From the NCBI GenBank assembly GCA_903912525.1, contig CAIWHK010000007.1, forward strand, positions 22,563 through 86,562: DNA of 64,000 nucleotides, read 5' to 3'. The DNA comes from an uncultured bacterium (lineage in GTDB: Bacteria; Krumholzibacteriota; Krumholzibacteriia; LZORAL124-64-63). The position numbers and the translations under genes are program-made. The notes beneath the pieces are model-generated. The model was not told the origin of the DNA. It saw only the letters and a list, made by a program, of their open reading frames with translations, and did not search any database. Positions 39,463 to 50,351 of the stretch are shown here, in pieces (within the stretch, counting starts at the first letter, position 1; the number at the start of each line of letters is the position of its first letter).

Positions 39463-42400
39463 ATGACCGTGTTTTCGCTCCGCCATTTCGACGAGGACAC
39501 CGTCTTCGAGCGGGCCGCGCTCGAAACTGTCAGGCGCGGTCACACCTACCACAGAGCCGGACGGGTCGTTAATGTCTCCGTCAAACGGGACGACCTTGCG
39601 GTGCTCGGGGTGGACGGCAAGACCGGCCACTACGTGGTGACCATCTCCGTAAACCAGTCGACCGACACGCTCGACCACACCTGCACATGCCCGCACGCGG
39701 GCGGCGGCGCGTTCTGCAAGCACATGGTGGCCGCCACGCTCGAACTCGAGGAATACGTCCAGGCGATGGCCGATGAATTCGGCGAGGACGATTTGGATGA
39801 TGATGACGACGTCATTGCATTCAACGTCGAGACGTTCGATTCCGGCCGACCTGTCACTGGTACTCCGCCCCGAAAGGACGCCCGCCTGAAGCTGATCGAC
39901 GGCTCCGCGCGCACCGACCAACCGGCCCGCACCGCCCCGGACTGGCGGCAGAAACTGACCAGCGCCCTGACCGACATGTCGCACCTGGTGCCCGGCGCGA
40001 AACCGCGCCCCTACGTCGCCGCCATCGTCCTGGATCGTGGGCGTACCGACATCCACAGGTACGGCAGCTGGAACTACGGCTCCGAACCGTACGCGCTGGT
40101 GCCGTACGTCATCAGCGCCACCTCGTGGAAGCGAATCCCGGGCGACAAGCCGACTTCCCCCCGAGACATCAATGCGTATCTGGAAACCGAGCCGGGGTGG
40201 CTCCAATTCGCCGACCGCATGTACCAGCAAGGCAACCCGGCGGGATGCCTCAACCTTGACCCCCATACGGCCGGCGTCCTGAACCTGATCGTGAGTGCGT
40301 TGCCGTTGTATGTCAGCCGCACGGCCAATCTTTCCAGCCTACTGTCGCTGCTGGCGCGTTCGGACATTCCCGTGTTCCTGGGCGACATCCGTTCGCATCA
40401 GGTCGCGTGCCGCCTCCGGATCGAGAGCGATCCCGTGGTGTTGGCCGCCGACGTGCGAACCGCGGAGAGCGCGTTCACAGTACACCTGGGCACTACGCGG
40501 GATGGTGTCTTTCGCGAGCTTCCCGCGGCGATCGAGACGATCGCGGAAAATCCGACGTGGATCCTGGACGGCAAGGACATCCTGAGGGTCGAAAACGAGC
40601 GGGCCTTGTCGATCGCCCGCGCGTTTCCGCTCACCGTTCCGGCGGCGGAGATCGACGAGTTCCGCGGGAACCACTTTGGGGCCATCGCCCAGATGGTGCC
40701 GATCCACGGCGATGTCGTCCACTGGCGGGACTTGCAGGTGGCGCCGGTGCCGCGGCTGTATCTGCAGGACGACGGAGCCCGCTCGCTGCGCGCCGAGCTG
40801 CGCTTCGCCTATGGCGAGTTTTCGACGGCGGACATCAAGGCCACCTTCACCGTCGGCATTGCGAACATGCCCGACTCGTGGGACCTGGTGCGCGTCCACC
40901 GGCAGCCCGAATCCGAAGAGCGGATCCTGAAGCTGCTGGCCGAGCCCGCCCACGGCCTCAAGCGCGTGGACGCCGCCGCGCGGCCGGGCACGTACCAGCT
41001 GCGGGCCCGCACGCATCCGCTGGATTTCCTCCTGAACGCCGTGCCCCGGCTTGCGCAGGCCGGATTCGAGATCTACGGCGCCGAGGACCTGAAGGTCGGC
41101 CGCGTCAACCGCGCGACGGCGAACGTGCGCGTGAGCATCACCTCGGGCCTCGACTGGTTCGACCTCGAGACCGTCGTCGAGTTCGGCGACCAGCAGGTCT
41201 CGCTGCAGGACGTGCGCAAGGCCCTCAAGCGGGGCGAGCACTACGTGAAGCTGGCCGACGGCTCGGTAGGCCGGATCCCCGAGGAATGGCTGGCGAAATA
41301 CAGGCACCTGCTCGACCTGGCCGAGGAGTCCGGACCAGGTCTGCGGTTGCGCGACTTCCACCTGCCCCTGCTCGACCAGCTGCTGCAGGAGGACGCCGCG
41401 CTTCGCTTGCCTGCCGACCTGACCCGTCGGCGCGAACGGCTGCGCGATTTCGAGGGGATCAGGCCGCAGCCGCTGTCGGCCGCGTTCACCGGCGAGCTGC
41501 GCCCGTACCAGAAGCACGGCTACGACTGGCTGCATTTCCTGGGCGAGTGCGGCTTCGGCGGCATCCTGGCCGACGACATGGGCCTGGGCAAGACCGTCCA
41601 GGTCCTGGCCTACCTCCAGGCGCGCCACGAACAGCCCGTGGTCACGGCCGCGACGCTGCTGGTCGTCCCCCGCAGCCTGATCACGAACTGGCAGCTCGAA
41701 TCGCGGAAGTTCACGCCCGGCCTGCGCTTCCTGGACCATACCGGAAGCGCGCGCGCGAAGGATGTCGCCGCCTTCGACGGCTGCGACATCGTGCTGACGA
41801 CCTACGGCACGATGCTGCGCGACATCGAGGTGCTGCGCGGGTACACGTTCAGCCACATCGTGCTGGACGAATCGCAGGCCATCAAGAATCCCCTGGCCAA
41901 GGGCGCCAAGGCCACGCGGCTGCTTCACGGCGACCAGCGCCTGGTGATGACGGGCACGCCGGTCGAGAACAGCACGTTCGAACTGTGGTCCCAGTTCGCG
42001 TTCCTGAACCCCGGGATGCTCGGCGGCATGGAGTACTTCCGGCGCGAGTTCGCCAACCCCATCGAGGCCAACCGCGACGAGCAGGCTGCCGCCACGTTGC
42101 GCCGGCTGGTGCGCCCCTTCATCATGCGCCGCACCAAGGAACAGGTCGCGCCCGAATTGCCCCCGCGCACCGAGCGCATCGTCTATACGGAGATGGGTAC
42201 CGCGCAGAAGAAGCTCTACGCGCTGACGCGTGAACGCTACCGCGCCGAACTGATGGGATTGATCGACGGCGGCGCCATGAACGATGCCCGGTTCCGGATC
42301 CTCGAGGGCCTGCTGCGCCTGCGGCAGATCGCGATCCACCCGGCGCTGATGGACCGCACATACAAGGGCGAAGCGCCCAAGTTCGAAGCGCTGCTGGAGA

Positions 42401-42879
42401 TCCTCGAGACCCTGCACTCCGAGGGGCACAAGGCGCTCATTTTCTCACAGTTCGTCGAGACGCTCAAGCTGGTCCGGACCGAGCTGGACCGGCTTGGGAT
42501 GCGCTACACCTATCTCGACGGCAAGACGCGGGACCGGCAGGCCACGGTCGACGAGTTCCAGAACAACGATGCCATCCCGGTCTTCCTGATCAGCCTGAAG
42601 GCGGGCGGCGTCGGGCTGAACCTGACGGCCGCCGACTACGTCATCCACCTCGATCCCTGGTGGAACCCGGCCGTGGAGATGCAGGCCAGCGACCGCGCGC
42701 ACCGCATCGGGCAGGACAAACCCGTGTTCGTCTACAAGATCATCGCGCGCGGGACGGTCGAGGAGAAGATCCTGGAGTTGCAGGAACGGAAGCGGGCGCT
42801 GGTCCGCAGCGTGATCGCGACCGAGGAGGGATTCCTGAAGTCGCTTACGAAAGAGGATGTGAGCATGCTGTTCGAATAG
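39463..42879 (+). CDS. SWIM zinc finger + SNF2-family helicase (start 39400 or 39463)
   Basis: CTCP..FCKH SWIM; LRPYQ, GILADDMGLGKT, LDESQAIKN, SLKAGGVGLNL, DPWWNPAVE.QASDRAHRIGQ. Confidence 0.95.
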   Translation: MTVFSLRHFDEDTVFERAALETVRRGHTYHRAGRVVNVSVKRDDLAVLGVDGKTGHYVVTISVNQSTDTLDHTCTCPHAGGGAFCKHMVAATLELEEYVQAMADEFGEDDLDDDDDVIAFNVETFDSGRPVTGTPPRKDARLKLIDGSARTDQPARTAPDWRQKLTSALTDMSHLVPGAKPRPYVAAIVLDRGRTDIHRYGSWNYGSEPYALVPYVISATSWKRIPGDKPTSPRDINAYLETEPGWLQFADRMYQQGNPAGCLNLDPHTAGVLNLIVSALPLYVSRTANLSSLLSLLARSDIPVFLGDIRSHQVACRLRIESDPVVLAADVRTAESAFTVHLGTTRDGVFRELPAAIETIAENPTWILDGKDILRVENERALSIARAFPLTVPAAEIDEFRGNHFGAIAQMVPIHGDVVHWRDLQVAPVPRLYLQDDGARSLRAELRFAYGEFSTADIKATFTVGIANMPDSWDLVRVHRQPESEERILKLLAEPAHGLKRVDAAARPGTYQLRARTHPLDFLLNAVPRLAQAGFEIYGAEDLKVGRVNRATANVRVSITSGLDWFDLETVVEFGDQQVSLQDVRKALKRGEHYVKLADGSVGRIPEEWLAKYRHLLDLAEESGPGLRLRDFHLPLLDQLLQEDAALRLPADLTRRRERLRDFEGIRPQPLSAAFTGELRPYQKHGYDWLHFLGECGFGGILADDMGLGKTVQVLAYLQARHEQPVVTAATLLVVPRSLITNWQLESRKFTPGLRFLDHTGSARAKDVAAFDGCDIVLTTYGTMLRDIEVLRGYTFSHIVLDESQAIKNPLAKGAKATRLLHGDQRLVMTGTPVENSTFELWSQFAFLNPGMLGGMEYFRREFANPIEANRDEQAAATLRRLVRPFIMRRTKEQVAPELPPRTERIVYTEMGTAQKKLYALTRERYRAELMGLIDGGAMNDARFRILEGLLRLRQIAIHPALMDRTYKGEAPKFEALLEILETLHSEGHKALIFSQFVETLKLVRTELDRLGMRYTYLDGKTRDRQATVDEFQNNDAIPVFLISLKAGGVGLNLTAADYVIHLDPWWNPAVEMQASDRAHRIGQDKPVFVYKIIARGTVEEKILELQERKRALVRSVIATEEGFLKSLTKEDVSMLFE

Positions 42880-42941
42880 CGGGGCGCAGGTCACACCGGG
42901 CCGGCGGCGGACTTGCGCCGGCGCAAGTCCCCGCTACTCCC

Positions 42942-43547
42942 CTACGCCGCCCGCCCGCGCACCGCCGCCCACTCGCCCGACGACTTGATGCGCTTGAGGC
43001 TGCGCGGGCCGTGTGGCTCGCGCGGGGTAAGCATCTGGTCGACGCGCGAGATGAAGTCGCGGCGCGCCGCGTGGAACTGGTCGAGGTGGCGCGGCGCCAG
43101 GCAGCACCACTTCGACTCGACGACCTTCTTCTGGAACAGCGACATCAGCACGACGCGCAGGTTCAGCTCGTCGAACGGGGCGCGGAAGACGGGCTGCGTG
43201 CCGCGCGCCTCCCAGTCGGCGATGGTCTCGCGGCGGCTGCGGCCGATGGCGGTGGCGAGGTCTTCCTGGGACATCCGGTAGAGGCTGCGCAGGTAGGCGA
43301 TTTCCTCGCCGGTCAGGCCGGGGCCGCTCAGGAGGATGACCAGGCCGAGGTAGTCCATGAGTTGCACTTCGTTGAGGATCATCGAGGTACCTTGGCCGCA
43401 CTTGTCACACTCGGTCAATTCGACCGCGTTTCCCTCGAGAAAGACGCCGGTCAGGCCGCAGTGGTCGTACTCGTATCGCGCGGGGTGTTCAAAGCGGGCT
43501 TCCGGGGAGCCGCAGAGGGGGCATGTTCGCGTTCCGGCCAACTTCAC
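42942..43547 (-). CDS. MqsA/YgiT-type zinc finger + Xre HTH antitoxin-like protein (no adjacent toxin)
   Basis: CPLCG..CDKCGQ, LTGEEIAYLR..MSQEDLATAIGRSRRETIADWE. Confidence 0.75.
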   Translation of the reverse strand: MKLAGTRTCPLCGSPEARFEHPARYEYDHCGLTGVFLEGNAVELTECDKCGQGTSMILNEVQLMDYLGLVILLSGPGLTGEEIAYLRSLYRMSQEDLATAIGRSRRETIADWEARGTQPVFRAPFDELNLRVVLMSLFQKKVVESKWCCLAPRHLDQFHAARRDFISRVDQMLTPREPHGPRSLKRIKSSGEWAAVRGRAA

Positions 43548-43603
43548 TTCCCCGTTCTCAGTCGAACCTGTTCCTTCGTCATTCTGTCGCTAATCCTCAC
43601 CTA

Positions 43604-43620
43604 TGTACGTTAAACGTACA
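43604..43620. promoter_or_regulatory. Inverted repeat, probable operator of the MqsA-like gene
   Basis: TGTACGT-TAA-ACGTACA about 57 nt upstream of GTG 43547. Confidence 0.55.
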
Positions 43621-43892
43621 CCATCGAATTGGCAAGCCCGCTGGGGACGCGTGGGCTGTCAGCCAAACCGGCGATGGCCACATGGCGCCCTACAAAGCCC
43701 AGAATGTGACAGGTGCGTCATCAACCGCCACTTGCCGGTGACATCGGCGACGGCACAGCCCACGCGACGGCCCATCATAACCACGGCCAGTGACGGCACT
43801 AGGCCTCGAATGGCGTCCAGCCCTCGCTTGGTCACTGGAGTTGCTCGCCATTGGCTGGCATCGAGAACTGACCAACGGCAAAGGCGGCGCCA

Positions 43893-44909
43893 TTGCTCCC
43901 CGAGATTCCCGACGGTTATCCACAACTGCTCGACGCGCTAAAGGCCCGCATCAGGGAAGCTCGGGTCCGAGCGGCTTCAAGCGTCAACAGCGAGTTGATC
44001 GCGCTCTACTGGCAGATCGGTCAGGAGATCCTTCTGCGCCAGAGGGAGGCCGGCTGGGGATCAAAGGTGGCTGACAGACTGTCAGGAGACCTTCGGAGTG
44101 CATTCCCCAACATGAGAGGCTTCTCGAAATCCAACCTCATGTATATGCGCAAGTTAGCGGCTGCGTGGCCGGCCGGGACAATTTTCCCACAGCTTGTGGG
44201 AAAATTGGCATGGGGCCACAACCGCCTCCTCCTGGACAAGGTGGGGGATCCGGCCGAACGGTGCTGGTACCTGCAGGCCGCCATCGAACACGGCTGGAGT
44301 CGCGATGTCCTCCTGCACCAGATCGAGAGCGGGCTTTGCAACCGACAAGGCAAGGCGATCACGAACTCTGAGCGGGCATTGCCACCGCTGCAATCGGAAC
44401 TCGCGCTGGGCTTGTTGAAGGACCCGTACAACCTCGAATTCCTCGACATGGGAAACGACTTCCGCGAACGCGAACTCCACCGCGGCCTGGTGCGGCACAT
44501 GCGGGACTTCCTGCTCGAATTGGGCTCCGGATTCGCGTTCGTGGGCGACGAGTACCATCTGGAGGTCGGCGGCGCTGACTTCTTCATCGACCTGCTGTTC
44601 TATCACGTCCGTTTGCATTGCTATGTCATCATTGAACTCAAGCCCGGCGAATTCCGTCCGGAACATGCCGGCAAGCTCGGCTTCTATCTTTCAGCGGTCG
44701 ATGACCTGCTGCGCCTGCCGCCGGATGGGCCCAGCATCGGGCTTGTGCTCTGCCGCGAGAAGAACCGCGTTGTGGCGGAATACGCCCTGCGCGAGATCAG
44801 CGCCCCGATGAGCGTGTCGGGCATCACACTGAAGAAGAGCCTGCCGGATGGCCTGCGTGCCAGCCTGCCGACCGTGGAGGAAATCGAATCCAGGCTGCGC
44901 GAATCGTAG
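43893..44909 (+). CDS. yhcG: YhcG/DUF1016 PD-(D/E)XK nuclease-domain protein, copy 1
   Basis: LYWQIG, GWGSKV, RGFSKSNL.YMR, LKDPYNLEFL, FLLELGSGFAFV, IDLLFYH, IELK. Confidence 0.93.
   Translation: MLPEIPDGYPQLLDALKARIREARVRAASSVNSELIALYWQIGQEILLRQREAGWGSKVADRLSGDLRSAFPNMRGFSKSNLMYMRKLAAAWPAGTIFPQLVGKLAWGHNRLLLDKVGDPAERCWYLQAAIEHGWSRDVLLHQIESGLCNRQGKAITNSERALPPLQSELALGLLKDPYNLEFLDMGNDFRERELHRGLVRHMRDFLLELGSGFAFVGDEYHLEVGGADFFIDLLFYHVRLHCYVIIELKPGEFRPEHAGKLGFYLSAVDDLLRLPPDGPSIGLVLCREKNRVVAEYALREISAPMSVSGITLKKSLPDGLRASLPTVEEIESRLRES
44180..44206. repeat. 27-bp coding palindrome inside yhcG copy 1
   Basis: AATTTTCCCACAG-C-TTGTGGGAAAATT; peptide context TIFPQLVGKLA. Confidence 0.9.
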
Positions 44910-44943
44910 GCGACTTGCGCCGGCGCAAGTCCCGCCCATCACC

Positions 44944-44973
44944 AAAGAAAACCCCGGCCGTCACCAGCCGGGG
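44944..44973 (-). terminator. Terminator of the M6 protease gene
   Basis: CCCCGGC-TGGTGACG-GCCGGGG followed by TTTTCTTT. Confidence 0.7.
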
Positions 44974-45012
44974 CTCCCCCAAGACACTTCTTGACCGGCC
45001 GACCGCTCCGGC

Positions 45013-48000
45013 TCACTTCACCAAAGCCAGCCTCCGCACCCACTCGCCGCCACCGGTCACCAACCGGCACATATAACTGCCCGACGCCACAGGCCGGCCG
45101 CGATCGTCGCGTCCGTCCCACACCGTCGTGTGCCGGCCCGCGACCTGTTCGCCCGTGATCAACGTCGTGACGCGGCGGCCGTCCAGGGAGTACACGGCCA
45201 GTTCCACCGTGCCGGCCGTAGCCAGGTCGAAGGCGATCGTCGTCGTGGGATTGAACGGGTTGGGATACGGCGCGCCCAATGCCGTCACCGACGGCACGAC
45301 CGACGGTTGTGCGACATCGCTGGCCACGTTCTGGTCGATGGTGAGCACGCGATCGCCCGCCACGTTCAGGCGCACGGTGGTCGTGCCGTCGGGCCAGCGC
45401 ACGACGACGCTGTCGGCCGTCGTCGCGGCGCCCAGACCGAAAGCAACGCGCAACGCGTTCTGCGCCAGGCTCTCGCCGCCGGCCGAAACGTGGCGCAGCT
45501 GGGAAACTCCACCGACGACGCACCAGACGCGCGCGCCGATGGCCGCGATGTTCGTGCCCTTGCCCTTCAGGTCCAGCTGCAGCCAGTGGCCACGACCGCT
45601 GATGGTATTGCGCAGCAGGACATTCGGCTGGCCGTCGCGCGACAGGTACAAGTCCTGGCCGCCGTCGCCGTCGAGGTCGCCGCAGGCGACGGCCGTGGTC
45701 GCCCCCTGCGCCGCGGGCAGCAGCTGCGACACGCCGAACTGGCCGGCGTCGGCGCCGAACAGCAGCAGGTCGGGCTCGCTGAAGCGGCAGACGTAGATGT
45801 CCAGGCGGCCGTCGTTGTCGAAGTCGGCCATGGCGAGGCCGCGGCCCGATCCGGTGTCGCCCAGGCCGGGGCCGGTGAGCGTGGTCCAGTACGTCCCGTC
45901 ATTGCGATAGAGGACGTCGGCCGAGCCGTCGTTGACCAGGTAGAGGTCCAGGTCGCCGTCGTTGTCGACGTCGCCCCAGGCCGCGGCCTGGCCCGAGCTG
46001 CCGTTGGCCGCCTGGCCCGTTACGAGGAACGTGCCGCCGCCCCCGTTCTGCACCAGCTGGTTCGCCTGCCAGGACATGACGCGGTAGACGTCCAGGTCGC
46101 CGTCGCCGTCGTAGTCGGCCCACGGCGCGGCGGTGCCGGTGCCGGCTGTCTGCAGCGCGGCGATGGCCTGCGGCATGAAGAAGAACTGCCCCGTCCCGAT
46201 GTTGCCGTACGAGCGGGCGAGCATGCTCGCCGTGCCGGTGTTGACCAGCGAGAGGTCGAGCAGGCCGTCGCGGTCGTAGTCGCACCACGCCGCGGCGCGG
46301 CCGGCGCCGGCGTCGTCGACGCCGTACTGCGCGATGTTGGTGAACGTGCCGTTGCCGTTGTTGGCCAGCAGCTGGTTGGCCTGGCCGTCGCGCGACAGGT
46401 AGACGTCCTGGTCGCCGTCGCCGTCGAAGTCGCACCACGCGGCGGCCATCGTCAGGCCGGTGTCGGTCAGCAGGCCGGTGGCGATGTCGGTGAACGACAG
46501 GTTGCCGTCGTTGCGCAGCAGGCGGTTGGCCGAGCCGCGGTTGCAGATGTAGAGATCGAGGTCGCCGTCGGCATCGTAATCGAGCAGGCTGACGCCGCGG
46601 CCCGCGCCCGCATCGCCGAGCGCGCCGGCCGACGTCGCGGTGAACGGCGCGTTCGTGTGGACGCCCGTGAACGCGAGCGCCGCGCCGCTGGTGGCCACGG
46701 TGCCGGTCACGACGGCCGGTGACGGCGAGGTCCAGCCGGGCACGCCCAGCCAGGTCAGCGTGAACAGCCCCGGGGCCCAGACCACCACCGAGGCGTCGCC
46801 GACGCCCGTCTCCTGGTAGCCGTCGGGGCCGTCCAGCCGCCACGGCGCCTGCAGGCCCGCGGGCTGAACTGCGATGTTGACGGCCAGCGAGCCGACCGCC
46901 GGACGGTAACTGAACGTCATGGTCGATGCGCTCGCACTGATCTGGTCGATGTACACGGGCGCGACGGAACCATTCCACCACCTGGCGGCCGGGCTGGTGG
47001 CAGGCGTCAGCAGCGTGGAGCCGGGCGCGGACCACAGGTCGGTATAGTCGCCGTAGTTGAGGTAGTACTCGAGATCCCAGCGGCCGTCGGCCTGGACCAG
47101 CGTGCAGTAGTAGTGCCGCGCCGCGGTCATGTCCTGGTAGCTGTTGTTGCCGGACGTGTCGACATGCCAGATGGCCAGGCCCGCATCGGGAAGCGCGGCA
47201 TCGCGGCCGGCCTGCTGCCGGTTCTCGATCATGTAGTACTCGCCCGAGCGCGCCGGGTTGGAGACGCGATAGAAATGGTTGCTGCCGGCGGTGACGGGCA
47301 GGTTGGTGGCCACGCTGGTCAACGCGGTCACCGAGGCCGACCAGCCGGCCGTGTCCTTCAGCGGCGCGCAGGGCTGGACGGGATTGTTGGCCGGCCCCGA
47401 ATTGCACATCAGGCAGAACTGCCCCACGCCGGACGAATCGGAATCGTAGTCGTACAGGTCGGGCCAACCGCAGAGCATGTGACCGTTCTCGTGGCAGAAC
47501 GTGGCCAGCGAGGGCCCCGAGCCGATGTTCGTGATCTGGTAGCGGTAGGTCGAGACGCCGTCCGCGGAATACGAAATGCTGCTGCTGTGCGGCCACAGGC
47601 CCACCGACCAGCCCATGGACGGCTCACCGGCATAGAAGGCGTTGAGGGCGTCGATGACGCCGTCGTGATTGCTGTCGTACTGGCTGTAGTCGAAGCCGCT
47701 GTTGTTCAGCGCGATGAGCGCCTCGCGGATCAGCGCGCGGGCACTGGTTCCATAGGTCTGGGATGCGCTGTCGTAGTACGACTTCGGCTGGGCGGCCCGG
47801 TAGTAGACCGTCGGCGAGAAGTTCGTGTACGTGAGCAGGCCGCCCGACACGTCGTAGAAGTAGTCGCGCACCGAGCCGTGGCTGCTGTAGCCCGTGTAGC
47901 CCGGCAGGTTGAGGTAGGCGTCGAAGTCGGCGGCGGCAATCGTGGCCGGCTGGTCGCTGAAGTCGATGAGCAGGGTGATGCCGCGCACATTGCCGACGGT

Positions 48001-48429
48001 CGTGGCCTGCGTGGCCTTGTTCGCCGCGGGGATCAGTGCCCGCTCGGCGTCGAGCAGCTGCCGCGCCGCCTGGGCTTGCTTCTGCCGCGCCAGCGTCGAC
48101 TGCTTCAGGTGGGGCGTGAGCCCGAGGCCCGCCATCGCGGCGGCATCGCCGGCGCGGACACCGGTGCTCTGGAGATCGTCGCTGCCATTCACGAGCCGCG
48201 CGTAGCAGATCACGCCGGTGCCCGCATCGCGGACCAGAGTGAAGCCGTCGAGCGATTCGATGTGCTGCGAATACTCGTCGCCCCAGACCAGCACGGGCAC
48301 GGCGGCGCCGTCGGGCTGCCGCAGGTCGAAACGGGCGCCGTGGTAGGGGGCGGCGGTGGCGGCGGAGGCCAGGAGGAGCGACAGCGCCAGGGTGACGGGG
48401 GCGGTGAGCCGGGCGAAGTGGCGGAGCAT
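45013..48429 (-). CDS. Secreted M6 (immune inhibitor A-like) metalloprotease with FG-GAP repeats, ASPIC/UnbV and FlgD-Ig
   Basis: GSVRDYF, CHENGH..PDLYD, EYYMIENR, repeated DxDGDGDLDLY, AAIGARV..FGLG..VRWPDG, PYPNPFNP. Confidence 0.92.
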   Translation of the reverse strand: MLRHFARLTAPVTLALSLLLASAATAAPYHGARFDLRQPDGAAVPVLVWGDEYSQHIESLDGFTLVRDAGTGVICYARLVNGSDDLQSTGVRAGDAAAMAGLGLTPHLKQSTLARQKQAQAARQLLDAERALIPAANKATQATTVGNVRGITLLIDFSDQPATIAAADFDAYLNLPGYTGYSSHGSVRDYFYDVSGGLLTYTNFSPTVYYRAAQPKSYYDSASQTYGTSARALIREALIALNNSGFDYSQYDSNHDGVIDALNAFYAGEPSMGWSVGLWPHSSSISYSADGVSTYRYQITNIGSGPSLATFCHENGHMLCGWPDLYDYDSDSSGVGQFCLMCNSGPANNPVQPCAPLKDTAGWSASVTALTSVATNLPVTAGSNHFYRVSNPARSGEYYMIENRQQAGRDAALPDAGLAIWHVDTSGNNSYQDMTAARHYYCTLVQADGRWDLEYYLNYGDYTDLWSAPGSTLLTPATSPAARWWNGSVAPVYIDQISASASTMTFSYRPAVGSLAVNIAVQPAGLQAPWRLDGPDGYQETGVGDASVVVWAPGLFTLTWLGVPGWTSPSPAVVTGTVATSGAALAFTGVHTNAPFTATSAGALGDAGAGRGVSLLDYDADGDLDLYICNRGSANRLLRNDGNLSFTDIATGLLTDTGLTMAAAWCDFDGDGDQDVYLSRDGQANQLLANNGNGTFTNIAQYGVDDAGAGRAAAWCDYDRDGLLDLSLVNTGTASMLARSYGNIGTGQFFFMPQAIAALQTAGTGTAAPWADYDGDGDLDVYRVMSWQANQLVQNGGGGTFLVTGQAANGSSGQAAAWGDVDNDGDLDLYLVNDGSADVLYRNDGTYWTTLTGPGLGDTGSGRGLAMADFDNDGRLDIYVCRFSEPDLLLFGADAGQFGVSQLLPAAQGATTAVACGDLDGDGGQDLYLSRDGQPNVLLRNTISGRGHWLQLDLKGKGTNIAAIGARVWCVVGGVSQLRHVSAGGESLAQNALRVAFGLGAATTADSVVVRWPDGTTTVRLNVAGDRVLTIDQNVASDVAQPSVVPSVTALGAPYPNPFNPTTTIAFDLATAGTVELAVYSLDGRRVTTLITGEQVAGRHTTVWDGRDDRGRPVASGSYMCRLVTGGGEWVRRLALVK

Positions 48430-48591
48430 GGGTACGTCCCGTGGTCGATGGTGGCGGTGCCGGGTGTGTGAGGGCCGGTGGGGATGACAATAGTGCATTA
48501 TAACGCGTTTGGGGGTGATGGATCTACAGAAATGAGGGGGTGCGCCAGTTGCGCCGGCGCAAGTCCCCCGCACCGTAGTCGCAATTTATAA

Positions 48592-49706
48592 CTACCTCAG
48601 CCGCCCCCGAAACGCCCGCTGTGACTTGAGGATTTCCTGCCGCAACGCTTCCGTGTCCGGCAGCATGGTCAGGTAGCGCGAGGCAAAGACGTTGGCGGCG
48701 ATGCCGCCCATCGCGTAGTGGACGACGGCGTCGTTCTTGGCACTGCAGAGGATCAAGCCCACCGGTTCGTGTTCGTCGGGGCCCATGAGGTGTTCGCGGG
48801 CGTAGTTGAGGTAGAGGTTCATCTGGCCGGCGTCGGCGTGGCTGAACTTACCAAGCTTGAGGTCGACCACGACCAGGCAACGCAGGGCGCGGTGGTAGAG
48901 CAAGAGGTCGATGCGATACCACTCGTCGCCGATGCGGATGCGCTTCTGGCGGGCCACGAAGGTGAAGCCGGCTCCCAGTTCGAGCAGGAACGATTCAAGG
49001 TGGCGCACGATGGCGTCCTCGAGGTCGGACTCGCTGTACTCGTCCTTCAGGTCGAGGAACTCGAGGAGGTAGGGGTCGCGGATGTGGTCGCGCAGGGCGA
49101 CGGCATCCGGCGGGGATGGCTTCCTGGCGGACGTGAGCATGCGTTCGGGGTTGGACGAGGCCGAAACGCGCTCGAAGAACTGGGTGCTGATCTGCCTTTC
49201 CAGCTGCCGGACAGTCCAACCGCCGCGAATGGCTTCAGCTTCGTAGAGCGCGCGGGCCTGGGGGTCGCTGACAGACATCAGGCGGATGTAATGGGTCCAC
49301 GACAGGGGGAAGGAATGATGCATAACTGACGCATTTGCAGGCAGTTGTAATTTTACCATCACTGATGGTAAAATCTGATGACTGAGATAAAAAGATCTCA
49401 TTTTGTAAAGACTGGTCGGCGAGAACCCGCGCCCATGCTGGCGGGCCAAGTCGCGCCCCAGCCGCTGCAGCAACTCTTCCCCGTAGATGGCCCGCGGGTT
49501 TCCGTCCTGCTCGAATTCGACGATTCGCCGGCCAATCTCCCAATAGGTCGACACGATGACGCTGCTGGTCGTGCGCACCACGACGCGCCTGGCCTCGTCG
49601 ACCAGGCCGGAGATGCCGACATCAACTCACTGTAGGGCTCCGCACCAGCGGGGCCGGACATCGGCGCGGGGATCCCCGCGTCTTCAGACTTTCGTTTCCT
49701 GACCAT
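48592..49706 (-). pseudogene. yhcG: YhcG/DUF1016 copy 2, with a 1-nt frameshift near 49618 (or restart at GTG 49581)
   Basis: MVRKRKSEDAG..EPYSEL aligns with the copy 3 N-terminus, then shifts frame (ATG TC GGC ATC vs GTG ACG GGA ATC); the remainder is intact and its C-terminal half is near-identical to copy 3. Confidence 0.8.
49349..49375. repeat. 27-bp coding palindrome inside yhcG copy 2
   Basis: AATTTTACCATCA-C-TGATGGTAAAATC; peptide context QILPSVMVKLQ. Confidence 0.9.
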
Positions 49707-49969
49707 GATTCCCGTCCCAATCTGCCGGATGTGCCGACGCGGTCCTGATGCCAACGTGGGTTCACGGATGCGGCGCGACGTGTCGCGGACGATATGCGCC
49801 TGCGGGACAACGTCGTGGCGAAGGTGCTGTCTGCGACGAACCGCACGCAGGGCACCAAACGGGCCGTTCCTGTGGAGTTGCACGGGTTGCGCGATGACGC
49901 CAATGGGGCAGCCACGCACGCATTCGCGGTGGCTATAGGGCAGGCGGCGGGCCAGATGGTGAATGAGGC

Positions 49970-50057
49970 AACTTGCGCCGGCGCAAGTCGGGCCCGTTAC
50001 CGGGCAACTGATTGCTGTTTTGCGACTTGGAATTCTGCCAACAGTGTTGGCAGAATT
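49970..50057 (-). repeat. Composite unit U1: GC palindrome + 41 nt + 27-bp yhcG-type hairpin
   Basis: Hairpin AATTCTGCCAACA-G-TGTTGGCAGAATT at 50031-50057; reads PILPTLLAEFQ in yhcG register. Confidence 0.88.
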
Positions 50058-50260
50058 GGGCAATACAGCAAAAAATCGCTCATTGGGTGGGTCGCGCAAA
50101 GCTGGTGTCCCCACCGATCTCTCCTTCCCCCAGGGAGAATTCAGCCTGGTATTAGCCGTATCGCAGTATGAATGTCCTCCGCGCTTGTCCGCCGAGGCTC
50201 GAGTTGCGCCGGCGCAAGTCCTGACGCTACGACCGCCCCGCATGGGCGTGTATTCTGATA

Positions 50261-50273
50261 AACCTTTTAGGTT
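50261..50273. promoter_or_regulatory. Operator-like palindrome upstream of the higA-like gene
   Basis: AACCT-TTT-AGGTT just downstream of a TATTCT -10-like hexamer. Confidence 0.55.
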
Positions 50274-50351
50274 AATCTTTCTTGGCGGCGATATCCGATC
50301 TGCATATACTCATTGAAGGCCGTACCTGCCTGGACTTCATCGGGGACTACC

